This document shows positions 40,497 to 51,556 of a stretch of 64,000 bases of DNA, in pieces. Position 1 is the first letter of the stretch. Each line of letters starts with the position of its first letter. The translations under genes were made by a program, and so were the position numbers. The notes beneath the pieces are model-generated. The model did no database searches. It was not told the DNA's origin and saw nothing but the letters and a program-made list of their open reading frames with translations. The DNA is from a virus, in the IMG/VR virus record IMGVR_UViG_3300017917_004390, positions 1 to 64,000 of that record, one strand, 5' to 3'.

Positions 40497-43127
40497 TTAT
40501 CTTCCGTATTTATCTTTTTTAAGTTGTACTACAACTTCACGTGTAATTTTTTTAATAATTTTTTCATCGCCAATATCTATAGTGTTGTTAATCACAAAAT
40601 TAGCTTTCATTTTTTCATCAAATTGTACCTTCAAAGGTTCTTTAAGAATTTTTTGTAAATTGTCTAATTTATTACTTTCAAGCGTTTTAATATCACTAAT
40701 AAGACTTTGAATTGCAGCTGCTTTTTTAGTGTCTATATTTATAAAATCATTTAAAACTTTAATTTGATTTAAATTATTAAAATTAATTTTACTAATATCA
40801 TATAGTATTTTAGAGACAACACTAAGTTTATTTATACTTTCAAAAACACTGTTTATACTTGAGAAATTTTTAAAATCAATACTCATATCAGATAAATCAC
40901 CAAATGCTTCTGACAAATCAGAAATTTTAGATAGATTTAGACCTGATATATTATTTAAAGATTGATATATATTATTTAAATTTATTGGTATATTGGGGTT
41001 ACCTAATAAAGATAAATTTTTAGCTGCAAATCCAACGGCTGATGTCATCATCGTAAATTCTACCGCTAACAATGAAACAGTTGCTAATAAAGCACCAAAA
41101 CCTAAAGCACCATAACCAGTTGCTAGTATAGCACCAAAACTTTCAGCTGCAACAGCAAGTATACCTGTAAAACCGATAATACCAATACCTAATCTTGTTA
41201 TAGTACCATTTAATAAATCTATTTGTTCAGGTGATAATTCTTTAAATGATTTGGCCATAGAACTAACACCCTCAGATGCCAATTTAAAACCATAACCCAT
41301 ACCAATCGCTGCAACACCTAAACCAGCTAATTTTGCTGCCGAACCAAAACCGCCAAGCATCATATCTTTACCAGAACCTAACATACCACCAGCAGACCCG
41401 ATAGAACTACTTGCTTTTGATAATGGTAATATTTTACTTAATAAGTTTGAAAATTTACCAGTAAAAATATTTAACATACCACCAAAACCAGCAAACACAG
41501 CTTTAAGAAGACCAGCACCAGTTATAATACCAGCAATCATAGCAATAGCCACACCTTTGCTACCAAAAGTTTCTTTTATTGATGTAGTAGCGGTCCTAAG
41601 TGTGGATAAACTACTATTAAGTAATTCAATAACAGGTAATAACAAACTTTTGGTTTCTTCAACTAAATCAGATAAAGCTTCATTAAAACTTCTACTATCA
41701 ACAGCCCTATCCTCAAGCGTTTTTTGTTGAGCGTCAAACAATTTCAATTGTTCTTTTGTTAAGTCTTTAAGAGCGACTTCATTACCATCAATTTTAATAA
41801 CAGCAACACCATTTCTTTTTGATGATAATTCAGCCAAATTAGCTAACATTTCTCTTTGTTTTTCATTACCAATAAATATCTGACTCTTATTAAAATTAAC
41901 TTGTGCCGCTTTTTTTGCTGCCTCAGTTAGTTCATTTAAAGGTATTGAAGTCGCCTCAGCAACAGCACGTAATCTATCAAAATCAATATCACTTATTTTA
42001 TCAAATGAATTAGTTTCTTTGTTAAAACTAGCGATATTTGATGTTAGTTTACCCAATTCTTTATTAAACTCAGCCGGATTATTTCTAGCTAAAAATGAAA
42101 ATTTAAATGGGTCAATTTTAGCGAATTCACCACCTAAAACCATTAGTTGTGCTGAAGCATCTAACATACCTTCAATAGTTCTAAATTTTTCAATAACTGA
42201 AAAAGTAGAATTCATTGAAATTCTTGTTTGTTCAGCAAACTGAGCTAATTTTTTGAAATCTTCAATACCATTTTGAAATCTAAACTTTTTATATTGTTCT
42301 AAATTTTGAGATATATTTTTTAAAATTTTACCTGAATTTAACCCTAAACTATCAAATTCATTAACAGAGTTTTCTATACCAGTTTTAATATCGTTAACAC
42401 CATAACCCATTAAACTAAATTCACCTACTAATTTAGATGCCTCATCAACCCCTAAACTAGTACCTTTAGCTATTGCAACGATATTTTTTAGTTGGTCTGA
42501 TGTATAATTCCTAGTTAAACCATTTATATCAGCAATATTTTGTTGTATTTTAACAACATCTTCCAATCTACCACCCATTTCAGCAATAAGGATATTAGTA
42601 TTGAAGGTTTCATTTTTAATATTAGAAGCTGATACGCCTGAATCACCAAAATTTAGAATTAATTGTTTTGTTAATTCATCGGCTTTATTAAGATAACTCC
42701 ATAATTCAGATACAGCAAATGTTGTAGCTGCAAATGCTATTAAGTTTGTTTGTAATGATGTACCAATTGATTTTGTCAATGAAACATTTTCTTGTAAAAC
42801 ACTAATTGAACGTTCATTTAATCTAAGAGTTTTTTGAACAGTTTCATAGTGCCTTTCCAATTCAGCTAAACGTCTTTTTTCTATTTCACTTAACTGTTGT
42901 TCATTAGCTTTATATTCTTCAATTGAATCACTTAGAGCTGAAATATACTCATTCATTTTTTTCTGCGACTTAATCATTTGATTAAGTTCTTTTTTTGCAG
43001 AAAAATAACCTTTCAGTGTTGATGATTGTTGTTCTAAAATACTAGACAGTTTTTCTTCAAGCTCAATTTGTTCTTGAACTGCACGAATATTCTCATATCT
43101 TTTATTTAATTCATCACCAATAGCCAT
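40497..43127 (-). CDS. Tail tape measure protein
   Basis: 876 aa, helical, coiled-coil N-terminus, A/G-rich hydrophobic central region; downstream of the chaperone genes. Confidence 0.8.
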   Translation of the reverse strand: MAIGDELNKRYENIRAVQEQIELEEKLSSILEQQSSTLKGYFSAKKELNQMIKSQKKMNEYISALSDSIEEYKANEQQLSEIEKRRLAELERHYETVQKTLRLNERSISVLQENVSLTKSIGTSLQTNLIAFAATTFAVSELWSYLNKADELTKQLILNFGDSGVSASNIKNETFNTNILIAEMGGRLEDVVKIQQNIADINGLTRNYTSDQLKNIVAIAKGTSLGVDEASKLVGEFSLMGYGVNDIKTGIENSVNEFDSLGLNSGKILKNISQNLEQYKKFRFQNGIEDFKKLAQFAEQTRISMNSTFSVIEKFRTIEGMLDASAQLMVLGGEFAKIDPFKFSFLARNNPAEFNKELGKLTSNIASFNKETNSFDKISDIDFDRLRAVAEATSIPLNELTEAAKKAAQVNFNKSQIFIGNEKQREMLANLAELSSKRNGVAVIKIDGNEVALKDLTKEQLKLFDAQQKTLEDRAVDSRSFNEALSDLVEETKSLLLPVIELLNSSLSTLRTATTSIKETFGSKGVAIAMIAGIITGAGLLKAVFAGFGGMLNIFTGKFSNLLSKILPLSKASSSIGSAGGMLGSGKDMMLGGFGSAAKLAGLGVAAIGMGYGFKLASEGVSSMAKSFKELSPEQIDLLNGTITRLGIGIIGFTGILAVAAESFGAILATGYGALGFGALLATVSLLAVEFTMMTSAVGFAAKNLSLLGNPNIPINLNNIYQSLNNISGLNLSKISDLSEAFGDLSDMSIDFKNFSSINSVFESINKLSVVSKILYDISKINFNNLNQIKVLNDFINIDTKKAAAIQSLISDIKTLESNKLDNLQKILKEPLKVQFDEKMKANFVINNTIDIGDEKIIKKITREVVVQLKKDKYGR

Positions 43128-44026
43128 TATACTACAATATGAAAGGTTTGAACATCTAATCTTATATTATTAAACTTATGTTGAGTATTATTTCTATCAC
43201 TATAAATAATTTCATTTACAGTATAAGCATTAGGTGAAGTAATGACTTTAGAAATATCAAAAATAACTTTTTCGTTGTTACCTGATTTACCGATTATATA
43301 TTTAAATTTACCATTATTTGGTACAATTCTTACTGGTCTATTAACAATATAACCAGAATTCAAGAATTTAGCCATTTTCTTAAAATCAGTATTATTATTA
43401 TAAATACTATTAGAACTACTAGCTACTATATTAATTGAATACATAATTTCAGAGGAAGTATCTTCAATCTCATACGCATCTGAAATACTAACAACATAAC
43501 ACACCCAATTTTTTTCATTTTCTTGGATTGTTTTTAAATTTTTAATAGTTGGATTTCTTAAATCATTTTGTGTTATATTATCATAAGTTAAATCATAATA
43601 ATAAGCATTTTTAATTGTTTTTTGTTGGATTTTATTTTCAATATCAACAGCTACCATCCCACCGTTTCTTGTTGGTTGATACAATTGTAAAGATATTTTA
43701 TTTCTTAACTGTTGAGGTGTTATTCTATTATCACCAATAAAATTATACGGAGCTAAATTTATTATATTTTGTTCAATAGTAAAAATAAAATTACCATTTA
43801 AATAAACTCCTTTTGGAAAATCAACTGGATTATTACTATTTTGTGAAGCTGCAACAACATAATTGTTATAACTATTTCTATCTAAAAAGATAAAACCAAA
43901 TTTTCTATAATTTGAAAAATTATCAATATTACCTATTTTATCAATAGTTTGATTACCTAACTTTCTAGTTGAATCATTAAAATCCTTATATAAAGTGTGT
44001 AATTTACTTGCTTCTAAAATTTTCAT
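43127..44026 (-). CDS. Hypothetical protein
   Basis: 299 aa, coupled to the tape measure gene. Confidence 0.6.
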   Translation of the reverse strand: MKILEASKLHTLYKDFNDSTRKLGNQTIDKIGNIDNFSNYRKFGFIFLDRNSYNNYVVAASQNSNNPVDFPKGVYLNGNFIFTIEQNIINLAPYNFIGDNRITPQQLRNKISLQLYQPTRNGGMVAVDIENKIQQKTIKNAYYYDLTYDNITQNDLRNPTIKNLKTIQENEKNWVCYVVSISDAYEIEDTSSEIMYSINIVASSSNSIYNNNTDFKKMAKFLNSGYIVNRPVRIVPNNGKFKYIIGKSGNNEKVIFDISKVITSPNAYTVNEIIYSDRNNTQHKFNNIRLDVQTFHIVV

Positions 44027-44042
44027 TTTTAATATAATTAGT

Positions 44043-44070
44043 AAAAAAAAATCCGTATTACTACGGATTT
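44043..44070 (-). terminator. Rho-independent terminator
   Basis: AAATCCGTA-gtaa-TACGGATTT followed by a T run, overlapping the stop codon at 44061. Confidence 0.75.
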
Positions 44071-44253
44071 CTTATTTTATCATATTCAGCCTTTTCTTTC
44101 ATTTTTTCTTCGTATAATGTATTGTGTATATATTTCCTTTCATATGTAGGCATTAAATATTTAACAGCTTGATAATCATAATTTCTAAGAGAAACTAAGT
44201 TATCAATTTCTCTAACTAATAGTTCTTCGTAATTAGAATCTTGGATAAAAAAA
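44061..44253 (-). CDS. Tail assembly chaperone C-terminal extension (probable frameshift product)
   Basis: 'EIDNL...YDYQAV..MPTYERKY' overlaps the end of the upstream chaperone in the +1 frame at a T7 run. Confidence 0.55.
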
Positions 44254-45039
44254 CTTAGGGCCGAGGCGAAATTTACTACGAAAAAATTCTCCGTTTTCAC
44301 TTTGAAACTCATATTCAAGTTTATACTTTGGTTCAGCTGATAACATATTTAATCTTAAATCAGCAATATCACTTGGATTACTTTTAGTGATGTATTCACG
44401 AATAATAACGGGGTCATTTGTTGTTTGATTTGATTTAACACTTTCAATCATAATTACTCTACCAATTACTTCTTCAATTAACTCAAACAAATCATCAGTA
44501 TTTTTTAAAGTTTTACGCCTTTTTTCAATTTTCTCATCTAAATCGTCAGTTTCTTTTTTATTTAATATTCTATATGTAATAACATCTTTTTGTTTAGGTA
44601 GTGTAAAACTATAAAATCCATTAACATCACTTTCAATTTCAGCATCTAAAAATTGAATTTTATTAATATCGATAGTTTGTTTTATTTTTTTATCAGTAAA
44701 TGGGTCAATAACTTCCACTTCAACCTCAGGTCCATAAGCTGTTATTCTAAGATGAAATAAAATTGCATCAATATCGCATTGCATTAAATTATTTATATCA
44801 AATTCACCACCATTATGTTTAAAGAAAGAATCTTTAACTTTTCGTTTAAGAAGATTTTCAATATTTTTACCACTTGATAAATGTTTTAGTGATACTAAAT
44901 ATTGTTCATCAATAGCTGTCATATCTTCAACTGATACCGTATCAAATTCATAAAACCTTTTGTTAGATGGTAATTTAACTTGGTCAGTCATAATAACTGG
45001 CATAAAAGCTTGTTTATTAAATGTGCCTATATTTTCCAT
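44233..45039 (-). CDS. T4 gp26-like baseplate hub/tail assembly chaperone
   Basis: 'LPS..FY', 'MTAIDE', 'D.DAILFHLRITAYG', 'F.LP', C-terminal 'FFYP'. Confidence 0.75.
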   Translation of the reverse strand: MENIGTFNKQAFMPVIMTDQVKLPSNKRFYEFDTVSVEDMTAIDEQYLVSLKHLSSGKNIENLLKRKVKDSFFKHNGGEFDINNLMQCDIDAILFHLRITAYGPEVEVEVIDPFTDKKIKQTIDINKIQFLDAEIESDVNGFYSFTLPKQKDVITYRILNKKETDDLDEKIEKRRKTLKNTDDLFELIEEVIGRVIMIESVKSNQTTNDPVIIREYITKSNPSDIADLRLNMLSAEPKYKLEYEFQSENGEFFRSKFRLGPKFFYPRF

Positions 45040-45089
45040 AAATTTTTTATAATATAATACGTTTTATCTATTTATAATAAAAATTAAAT

Positions 45090-45932
45090 ATGAATAAGCT
45101 ACCACAAATTAACGAACAAAATATAGAACGTATCTTAACTGAATTGTACAACCAAAATATACCTATGGAAGTTGTGACTGAACAACCTAAGAAAATGATA
45201 CCAATTCAAAGAACGGTTAGTAAATCAAAAGTTAATGAATTTTATGAAAAAATTGATAATAATGAAGACTTACCACATAGTTGGATAGATAAAGATAATA
45301 ATATTATTGACGGTCATAATAGAAATTTCGCTTATAAAAATCACCCTGATGTTGAAAGTGCTTCATATATAAAAATATGTTTACCAAAGGATGAAGCTAT
45401 AAATATTTTAAACAAAATTATTGATAGAATTAACTTTGAAGATGAATATGCGATAAACCCTAAAACTGCTATCTATGGGACTGACAATAATCTGAATGAG
45501 ATTAAACAAATTGAATCTTCTAAAAATATAGATGATGAAATTGAATATCCAAATGAATATGAAAAAATCTACGAATTGTATAGTTCAAAAGAGTTCACAC
45601 CTAGAGTAAAATCTGCCGGTGGAATATTTATGTTAATGAGAAAAACTGATACTCATAGATTTAAAAATAAAATACAATTTGATAATCTAATGGAATTAAG
45701 TTCAGTTGAAATACAAGGGTTTACCCCAGTTACTAGATGTGCATTATATAAATTAGATGGTAGATTCATTGAAAAAGATAGTAAAGCTGAAATAAAAGAA
45801 ATGGCTAATGCCAAAGGTATTAGTGAAGAACAATATATTCGTGAATTAGTTAATACATTAGCATATCACCAAGGATATGATGGAATTAAATATGACGATA
45901 TGTTCATTCAAATTATAACACCAAATAAATAA
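45090..45932 (+). CDS. Protein with ParB/Srx-like N-terminal domain
   Basis: 'WIDKDNNIIDGHNR'. Confidence 0.6.
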   Translation: MNKLPQINEQNIERILTELYNQNIPMEVVTEQPKKMIPIQRTVSKSKVNEFYEKIDNNEDLPHSWIDKDNNIIDGHNRNFAYKNHPDVESASYIKICLPKDEAINILNKIIDRINFEDEYAINPKTAIYGTDNNLNEIKQIESSKNIDDEIEYPNEYEKIYELYSSKEFTPRVKSAGGIFMLMRKTDTHRFKNKIQFDNLMELSSVEIQGFTPVTRCALYKLDGRFIEKDSKAEIKEMANAKGISEEQYIRELVNTLAYHQGYDGIKYDDMFIQIITPNK

Positions 45933-46306
45933 TGATATCTATAAAATATCCAATAAAGGATTCTCCTGATGATAAATTGTTTGATTTAAACAAACTATCA
46001 ATTGATGATGTAAAATCATCAATATACTTTGTATTGTCAACTAGAAAAGGTGAAAGATGGATGAATCCAGATTTTGGTTGTGATTTTTATGAATACTTAT
46101 TTGATTTAAATGACCAAATAAGTTATGACTCTATCATTAATTCTATTAAAAGGGATATTAAAAGTTTTGTAAGTAATGTTGAAATTTCTAATGTTGAAAT
46201 ACTACCCGATTATAATGAAAAACTTATTGACATTAGAATAATTTTTTCATATAGTGAAGCCAACTCAGTTAAACAAGATACGTTATTATATACTATTCAA
46301 CTTTAA
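45932..46306 (+). CDS. Baseplate wedge protein, gp25/GPW-like
   Basis: 'LSTRKGER.MNPDFGC....LFD'. Confidence 0.9.
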   Translation: MISIKYPIKDSPDDKLFDLNKLSIDDVKSSIYFVLSTRKGERWMNPDFGCDFYEYLFDLNDQISYDSIINSIKRDIKSFVSNVEISNVEILPDYNEKLIDIRIIFSYSEANSVKQDTLLYTIQL

Positions 46307-46329
46307 TAACGTATTTTATTTAAAAAAGT

Positions 46330-47799
46330 ATGAAAAAATTAAATGTGCTTATCACCAACATGGATGTTCATGGGGTTAATTTTTATCGTTCAGAACAACC
46401 AGCAATAGCTTTATCTGATTATTTTGATGATTTAATTAATGTTGAATATACTAAAGAAGTTGATTGGAATGACGATACGTTCCTTAAACAATTTGATATA
46501 ATCCATTCACATAGAACATTTACTAATGATTATAGTAAAATGCCTGAACTTGTTGCTAAATTAAGAAGTTTTGGTATTATAACAATTTTAGATATAGATG
46601 ATTATTGGGAAGTTTCAAAAGAACACCCAATGTATCATATGATTAAAATGGAAAATTTTGATGTTAATATTAAAAATAATTTAAAACTTGTTGATTATAT
46701 AACAACAACTACACCAGTTTTTGCTGAATATATTAAACCTTATAATAAAAATGTTTTTGTTATTGAAAATGGTATTAATGATTTATTAGATGAATTCAAA
46801 TTTTCAACAGATAAATGTAGTAAAGATAAACTAAGACTTATGTACTTAGCTGGTTCATCACACTTACAAGATTTAAATTTAGTTAAAGATAGTTTTACTA
46901 GATTATGTAATGATAAAACATTAGAAAATAAATTTCAATTACATTTAGCTGGATTTGACCTTAGAGGTAATACTTCAAACTACAATATAAATCCTGATTT
47001 AATAAGAGTGTTACAAGCTAGAAAATTAACTACACCTGAAATAAATAAAAAATTATTGGCAGTTAATTATAACCTAGATAAAATATCTGAAATACCTGAT
47101 GATATTAAAGAAAGATTTAGAGGTAAATCAATTATTAAAGAAACAAAAGATATTAAACCTTATGAAACTGTTTGGGCTAGATACGAGGAAATATTTACTA
47201 ATAATTATAACCTAATTAAAGACCCTGAATATTTAAAATATCTTAAAAAATTTGATTTAGATACTAAGTATCCAAATACTGAAAAACAGGATTATATTAG
47301 ACATAAAACCAAAGGTTTATACTCATTTGCTAAAAACTATCAATTCGCTGATATAGCTATTGCACCGATTAAAACGTATGGTGATGTATCAAAAGATACA
47401 CCAGATAATAGATACCAATTTGCTAAATCAAACCTAAAAGTTATTGAAGCTGCTTTTCATAAAGTTCCGGTAATAGCATCTAATGTACCAATTTATAACT
47501 TTGATAAAGATTGGGTTGATGGTTATAATATTTTATTTATTGACTCTGATAGACAAGAAAAAGACTGGTATAAAAAAATTAAATATTGTATTAATAATCC
47601 TGAGTATGTTAAGGAATTAGGTGAAAATGCTTACAAAACAGCTGTTAAAAAATACCATGTAAAAACTCTAGCGGAAAAAAGAATGAACTTCTATAATGAA
47701 TTATTTCAAAATAAAGAACTTATTCATGCAGAGAAAAATATCAAACCAAAAGAAGAAACTAAACCAAATAATCTCTTAAAATTATTAAAAAGAAAATAA
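46330..47799 (+). CDS. GT-B glycosyltransferase (GT4-like)
   Basis: 'FYR..QP', 'DIDDYW', 'DIAIAP', 'KSNLKVIEAA...PVIAS'. Confidence 0.8.
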   Translation: MKKLNVLITNMDVHGVNFYRSEQPAIALSDYFDDLINVEYTKEVDWNDDTFLKQFDIIHSHRTFTNDYSKMPELVAKLRSFGIITILDIDDYWEVSKEHPMYHMIKMENFDVNIKNNLKLVDYITTTTPVFAEYIKPYNKNVFVIENGINDLLDEFKFSTDKCSKDKLRLMYLAGSSHLQDLNLVKDSFTRLCNDKTLENKFQLHLAGFDLRGNTSNYNINPDLIRVLQARKLTTPEINKKLLAVNYNLDKISEIPDDIKERFRGKSIIKETKDIKPYETVWARYEEIFTNNYNLIKDPEYLKYLKKFDLDTKYPNTEKQDYIRHKTKGLYSFAKNYQFADIAIAPIKTYGDVSKDTPDNRYQFAKSNLKVIEAAFHKVPVIASNVPIYNFDKDWVDGYNILFIDSDRQEKDWYKKIKYCINNPEYVKELGENAYKTAVKKYHVKTLAEKRMNFYNELFQNKELIHAEKNIKPKEETKPNNLLKLLKRK

Positions 47800-48260
47800 T
47801 GGAAACCAACTCAAAAATTTTTAATTTAAAATTCAAAGATGGTAATGATTTTCAATTATCAGTAGACCCATTTGACCCTTTAGAATATACTAATGATGAA
47901 TGGGATGGTAAATTTGATATTAAAACCAAAGATATGACTGATGATGAGTATAGAGAATACTCTAAAAATAAGATTATTGAGAATGGTCTTTCAGAAGGTA
48001 GATTATTATTAGAAGATTCTTTTTTAATGCATATTGATAATCCTTACTGTTTGAATATTATTGAAGCAAAGAAAAAAAATGGACTAACTACTGTTGCAAC
48101 AAATATTAGTCCTGATACACCTGAATTGGAGTTAATTTCTTTAATTAAAGATGAAAATATTAATCCTCCCACAGATGAAGTAATAACTGAATTAAAAACT
48201 TTTATTAGTAATTCAAATAATATTACACCTGAACTTTTAGATAAATTAAAAAATTTATAA
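47799..48260 (+). CDS. Hypothetical protein
   Basis: 153 aa, coupled to the upstream gene. Confidence 0.6.
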   Translation: METNSKIFNLKFKDGNDFQLSVDPFDPLEYTNDEWDGKFDIKTKDMTDDEYREYSKNKIIENGLSEGRLLLEDSFLMHIDNPYCLNIIEAKKKNGLTTVATNISPDTPELELISLIKDENINPPTDEVITELKTFISNSNNITPELLDKLKNL

Positions 48261-48261
48261 T

Positions 48262-49149
48262 ATGGATATAAATACATTTTTAAAAAAACTAGCTTCATTA
48301 CCTGAAAATATAAGAGATGGTTTTATAACACAACTAACGAATCTTTCAACAGCTGCGGCTGCATCTGAAACTGATTTATTAAAAGCACAAGCCAAAGCTT
48401 TGTCAACCGAAACAAAACAAACCCATAAGATTTATAACAATAAACATCAGTTTGTTTTAGACATGAAAGAGGGTCGTTTAAATGAAGAATATGTTAAACA
48501 TTATTACGCTGTTTTAAATTTAGCCGAAGAAATTGCTGGTAGAATGAATCCCGATAATTTTGATTTTACAAGCTATATGAATGAAAATGATAGTAACGCT
48601 AAATTAATCCTAGATAGAGATGGTAATTCAACTCAAACTTATGACTATGGTGATGGTAAAGTTAATTACGGCGATAAATCTAAAAACTTTTTTAATGATG
48701 CTGAATATTTTAAACGACAGAATGTTCGTAATTTTCAAAATAAAACCCCTGTAATTAGTGTACAAAATAAAAAAATTATAACTAATGTTGGTTCTGGAAT
48801 AGAAGAACAACTAGGGTTATATTCAAACACAATTAAAAAAGAGGTTTTTAAAAACGTAATTTTAAATGGTTGTTTCAATCCAAATTATAGTAATTTAATA
48901 ACATCAGTTAATGTTTTTGAAATACCAAATTCAACTTTATATAATGTTGAAATAAACACAAATATTTCAAGTTATCAATATAAAGATACTGAAGAAATTC
49001 TAAAAGCTTTATTACATACTAGTGTTATTTTGAAATACCAACCAAAATATGATGATATACAAAACTACATTTTTTTACTTAAAAGCGAATTAAGTGTAGG
49101 GGTTTATGCTAATAATTACTATATAAAAGGTGAATATAAATTAAATTAA
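48262..49149 (+). CDS. Hypothetical protein
   Basis: 295 aa, coupled to the upstream gene. Confidence 0.6.
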   Translation: MDINTFLKKLASLPENIRDGFITQLTNLSTAAAASETDLLKAQAKALSTETKQTHKIYNNKHQFVLDMKEGRLNEEYVKHYYAVLNLAEEIAGRMNPDNFDFTSYMNENDSNAKLILDRDGNSTQTYDYGDGKVNYGDKSKNFFNDAEYFKRQNVRNFQNKTPVISVQNKKIITNVGSGIEEQLGLYSNTIKKEVFKNVILNGCFNPNYSNLITSVNVFEIPNSTLYNVEINTNISSYQYKDTEEILKALLHTSVILKYQPKYDDIQNYIFLLKSELSVGVYANNYYIKGEYKLN

Positions 49150-49232
49150 TAAAATAATGTCTAATTAAACACTATTATTATGGAAAATAAACGTAAAAAT
49201 TTTTTAAGAATATTTACTGATTGGTTAAGAAA

Positions 49233-49496
49233 TTAAATGTTAGGGGTTTCTATGTTGTCTTTATTAGTGAAATTTTTTAGACCTAGTAAAGCCATTAGAA
49301 ACCCAAAACATTCACCTAATAAAATATGGTCAATTTCTTGTTTAGTAATCATAATACTAATACATTTGTAAAGTAAAAATACTAAGAACAAAAAGAAAAC
49401 ATTTCCAATTATTTTAGTTTGACTAATTTTGTTTGAATTAGAATCTCTGTTTGTATCAAAAATGAATTTTTTTATGAAATTGATTAACTGTACCAT
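49233..49496 (-). CDS. Small two-TM membrane protein (holin-like)
   Basis: 87 aa, two hydrophobic helices, charged termini; preceded by a CTATTTA motif. Confidence 0.45.
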   Translation of the reverse strand: MVQLINFIKKFIFDTNRDSNSNKISQTKIIGNVFFLFLVFLLYKCISIMITKQEIDHILLGECFGFLMALLGLKNFTNKDNIETPNI

Positions 49497-49508
49497 AATA
49501 TAATTTGT

Positions 49509-49525
49509 CTATTTATAATAAATAG
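49509..49525. promoter_or_regulatory. Palindromic pair of CTATTTA motifs (candidate divergent late promoters)
   Basis: CTATTTA-TAA-TAAATAG between divergent genes 49496(-) and 49534(+). Confidence 0.5.
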
Positions 49526-49533
49526 AAAAATAG

Positions 49534-51555
49534 ATGGCTTTTATACAAAAAAACGACTCAATAATTATAAATACTAAACTAACCAACATTGGAAGAATGT
49601 TACTTTCATCGGGAAGTTTAAATTTTAGCAAAGTTGAATTGGGAGATTCAGAGATTGATTATAATTATATCAGGGATAACTCTGATTTAGTGTCAGGTAA
49701 AGATTTGATGGTTCTTAGACCAAAAGATTTAAATCCCGTAATCAAAACACCTATTAAAATAACTGATAACTCTGATTTAACAAAAACCACAGATTTTCAG
49801 TTGATTAGTGGGACAGAGTTAGTGAGTAATAAAGCAAAAACAAGAGGATTTTTTAGTGGTTCATCTGAATCATATACTGCTATAACAAATACTAATTATT
49901 TTAAATATATAACAACCACAGATATTATAAATGCTGTCGGTACAACTAATTTAGTTTTAACCGATACAAGTATTTTAAATGTAGGTGATTATCTATTAGT
50001 AGATTGGTTGAATCCTAATATAACAGCAACAACGTTTAATAGTGGTTCAGGTGTTATTAAAGAAAATAGACCAAGACCGTTTTTATGGTATAAAGTTCTT
50101 GATATAAATTTAAATGATGTTACTGTTGATAGAAATTTACCAAATTTTAGTGGTTTAACATCTTTAGAAAGTACTGTTTATGTTTTTAATAGTGGTGATA
50201 CTATAAATACATATTATTCAACTGGAACAACATTAGGTTATTGGAATGAAAATACACTTGCTTTTAATAGTAATTGTAATATATCAGATGATGATGTTTT
50301 GGTTTGGAATTTTAATAACGTAAGTAATATAACTCAGGCTGGTACATTAAGTACTTATACTAGTAAATACTATAATTCAGCAAAATACAATGGTTTTGTT
50401 GATTATGTTAGAAATTCAACAAATTATAATTTAAAAAACAATGTCGGCATAATACACTATACCAATAACAGTATATCAAATTATTATGGTGAAGGTTTTA
50501 AACAAAATACCTTTAAAATATCTCTACCAACAATAATGTATCATGCTAAAACCGCTAATACAATGGGTATTGAAATAGTTAGTGATACAGTAAAAAAGGT
50601 TTTACCGACAACATACACAGGTTTCACAACGGAATATCAGGATTTATTTGAAAGTACTAGTAGAAATGTGGTTGGTAAAGTTTTTAATGATTTAAAAATT
50701 GCTATTATTGAAGATTCTGAGATAACAACTGCATTATCTTATAAATCAAATAGAAATTGGACTTTACCTAATATAAATTTTGCTTCTGATACTGCTACAC
50801 CAGCTGAAGTATCAGCAAATAATTATTTCCCTTCCAAAATTCTAACTTTATCATATTTATTTGGTAATAATACCGATTATAATCCAACTAAGAATCTAGG
50901 TTTCCAAACACCTATACATTCAACATATTTAACTGAAATAGTGATGACAGGTATTAATTCAAATATTAAGTTTAATTTTAATCTTAGTGATTTGAAATTT
51001 ATGTCTTCACCTAGTACAATTAGTGCTGGTACAGGTTTCAATGCTAATGAATTCAAGATTTTAATGAATATTAGAGATATAGGTGATGAATTAGACCCAA
51101 CACAATGGAAAGTTTTTAATTATACAAATAAACTAAATCAATTTAATGTTTGGTCATCAAAAACTATTGATTCAAATAGTATTTCTTCACAGATATATAG
51201 ACTTACATATGAAAATTATCTTAGTGCTAGTACTTATGATATTGAAACATATTTACCTCTACCAACACCTAGTAATTTATCATCCTTAGGTTTCGGTGAA
51301 GAAACATTTTTATTTGGTAATATTAATACTGATATTAAAGCCGAAGTTTTTAAAACATCAGTTAGTATTTCACTTAGTACTGATAAATATAACACATCAA
51401 AAAATCCTACATGGATTGAAGGTGATGATGTTTATGTTAGTGAGGTTGGTATATATGATACAAACGACAATTTAGTTATGGTAGGTAAATTAAATAACCC
51501 TATTAAAAAAAATAATGATACATTTAGAATAATATTACTTGATTTAGACTTTTAA
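49534..51555 (+). CDS. Baseplate/tail-collar structural protein
   Basis: N-terminal 'KLTNIGR..L..G...F....LGDSEIDY' and C-terminal 'VYVSEVGIYD..DNLV.VGKL..PIKK' tail-collar-like motif. Confidence 0.7.
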   Translation: MAFIQKNDSIIINTKLTNIGRMLLSSGSLNFSKVELGDSEIDYNYIRDNSDLVSGKDLMVLRPKDLNPVIKTPIKITDNSDLTKTTDFQLISGTELVSNKAKTRGFFSGSSESYTAITNTNYFKYITTTDIINAVGTTNLVLTDTSILNVGDYLLVDWLNPNITATTFNSGSGVIKENRPRPFLWYKVLDINLNDVTVDRNLPNFSGLTSLESTVYVFNSGDTINTYYSTGTTLGYWNENTLAFNSNCNISDDDVLVWNFNNVSNITQAGTLSTYTSKYYNSAKYNGFVDYVRNSTNYNLKNNVGIIHYTNNSISNYYGEGFKQNTFKISLPTIMYHAKTANTMGIEIVSDTVKKVLPTTYTGFTTEYQDLFESTSRNVVGKVFNDLKIAIIEDSEITTALSYKSNRNWTLPNINFASDTATPAEVSANNYFPSKILTLSYLFGNNTDYNPTKNLGFQTPIHSTYLTEIVMTGINSNIKFNFNLSDLKFMSSPSTISAGTGFNANEFKILMNIRDIGDELDPTQWKVFNYTNKLNQFNVWSSKTIDSNSISSQIYRLTYENYLSASTYDIETYLPLPTPSNLSSLGFGEETFLFGNINTDIKAEVFKTSVSISLSTDKYNTSKNPTWIEGDDVYVSEVGIYDTNDNLVMVGKLNNPIKKNNDTFRIILLDLDF

Positions 51556-51556
51556 A

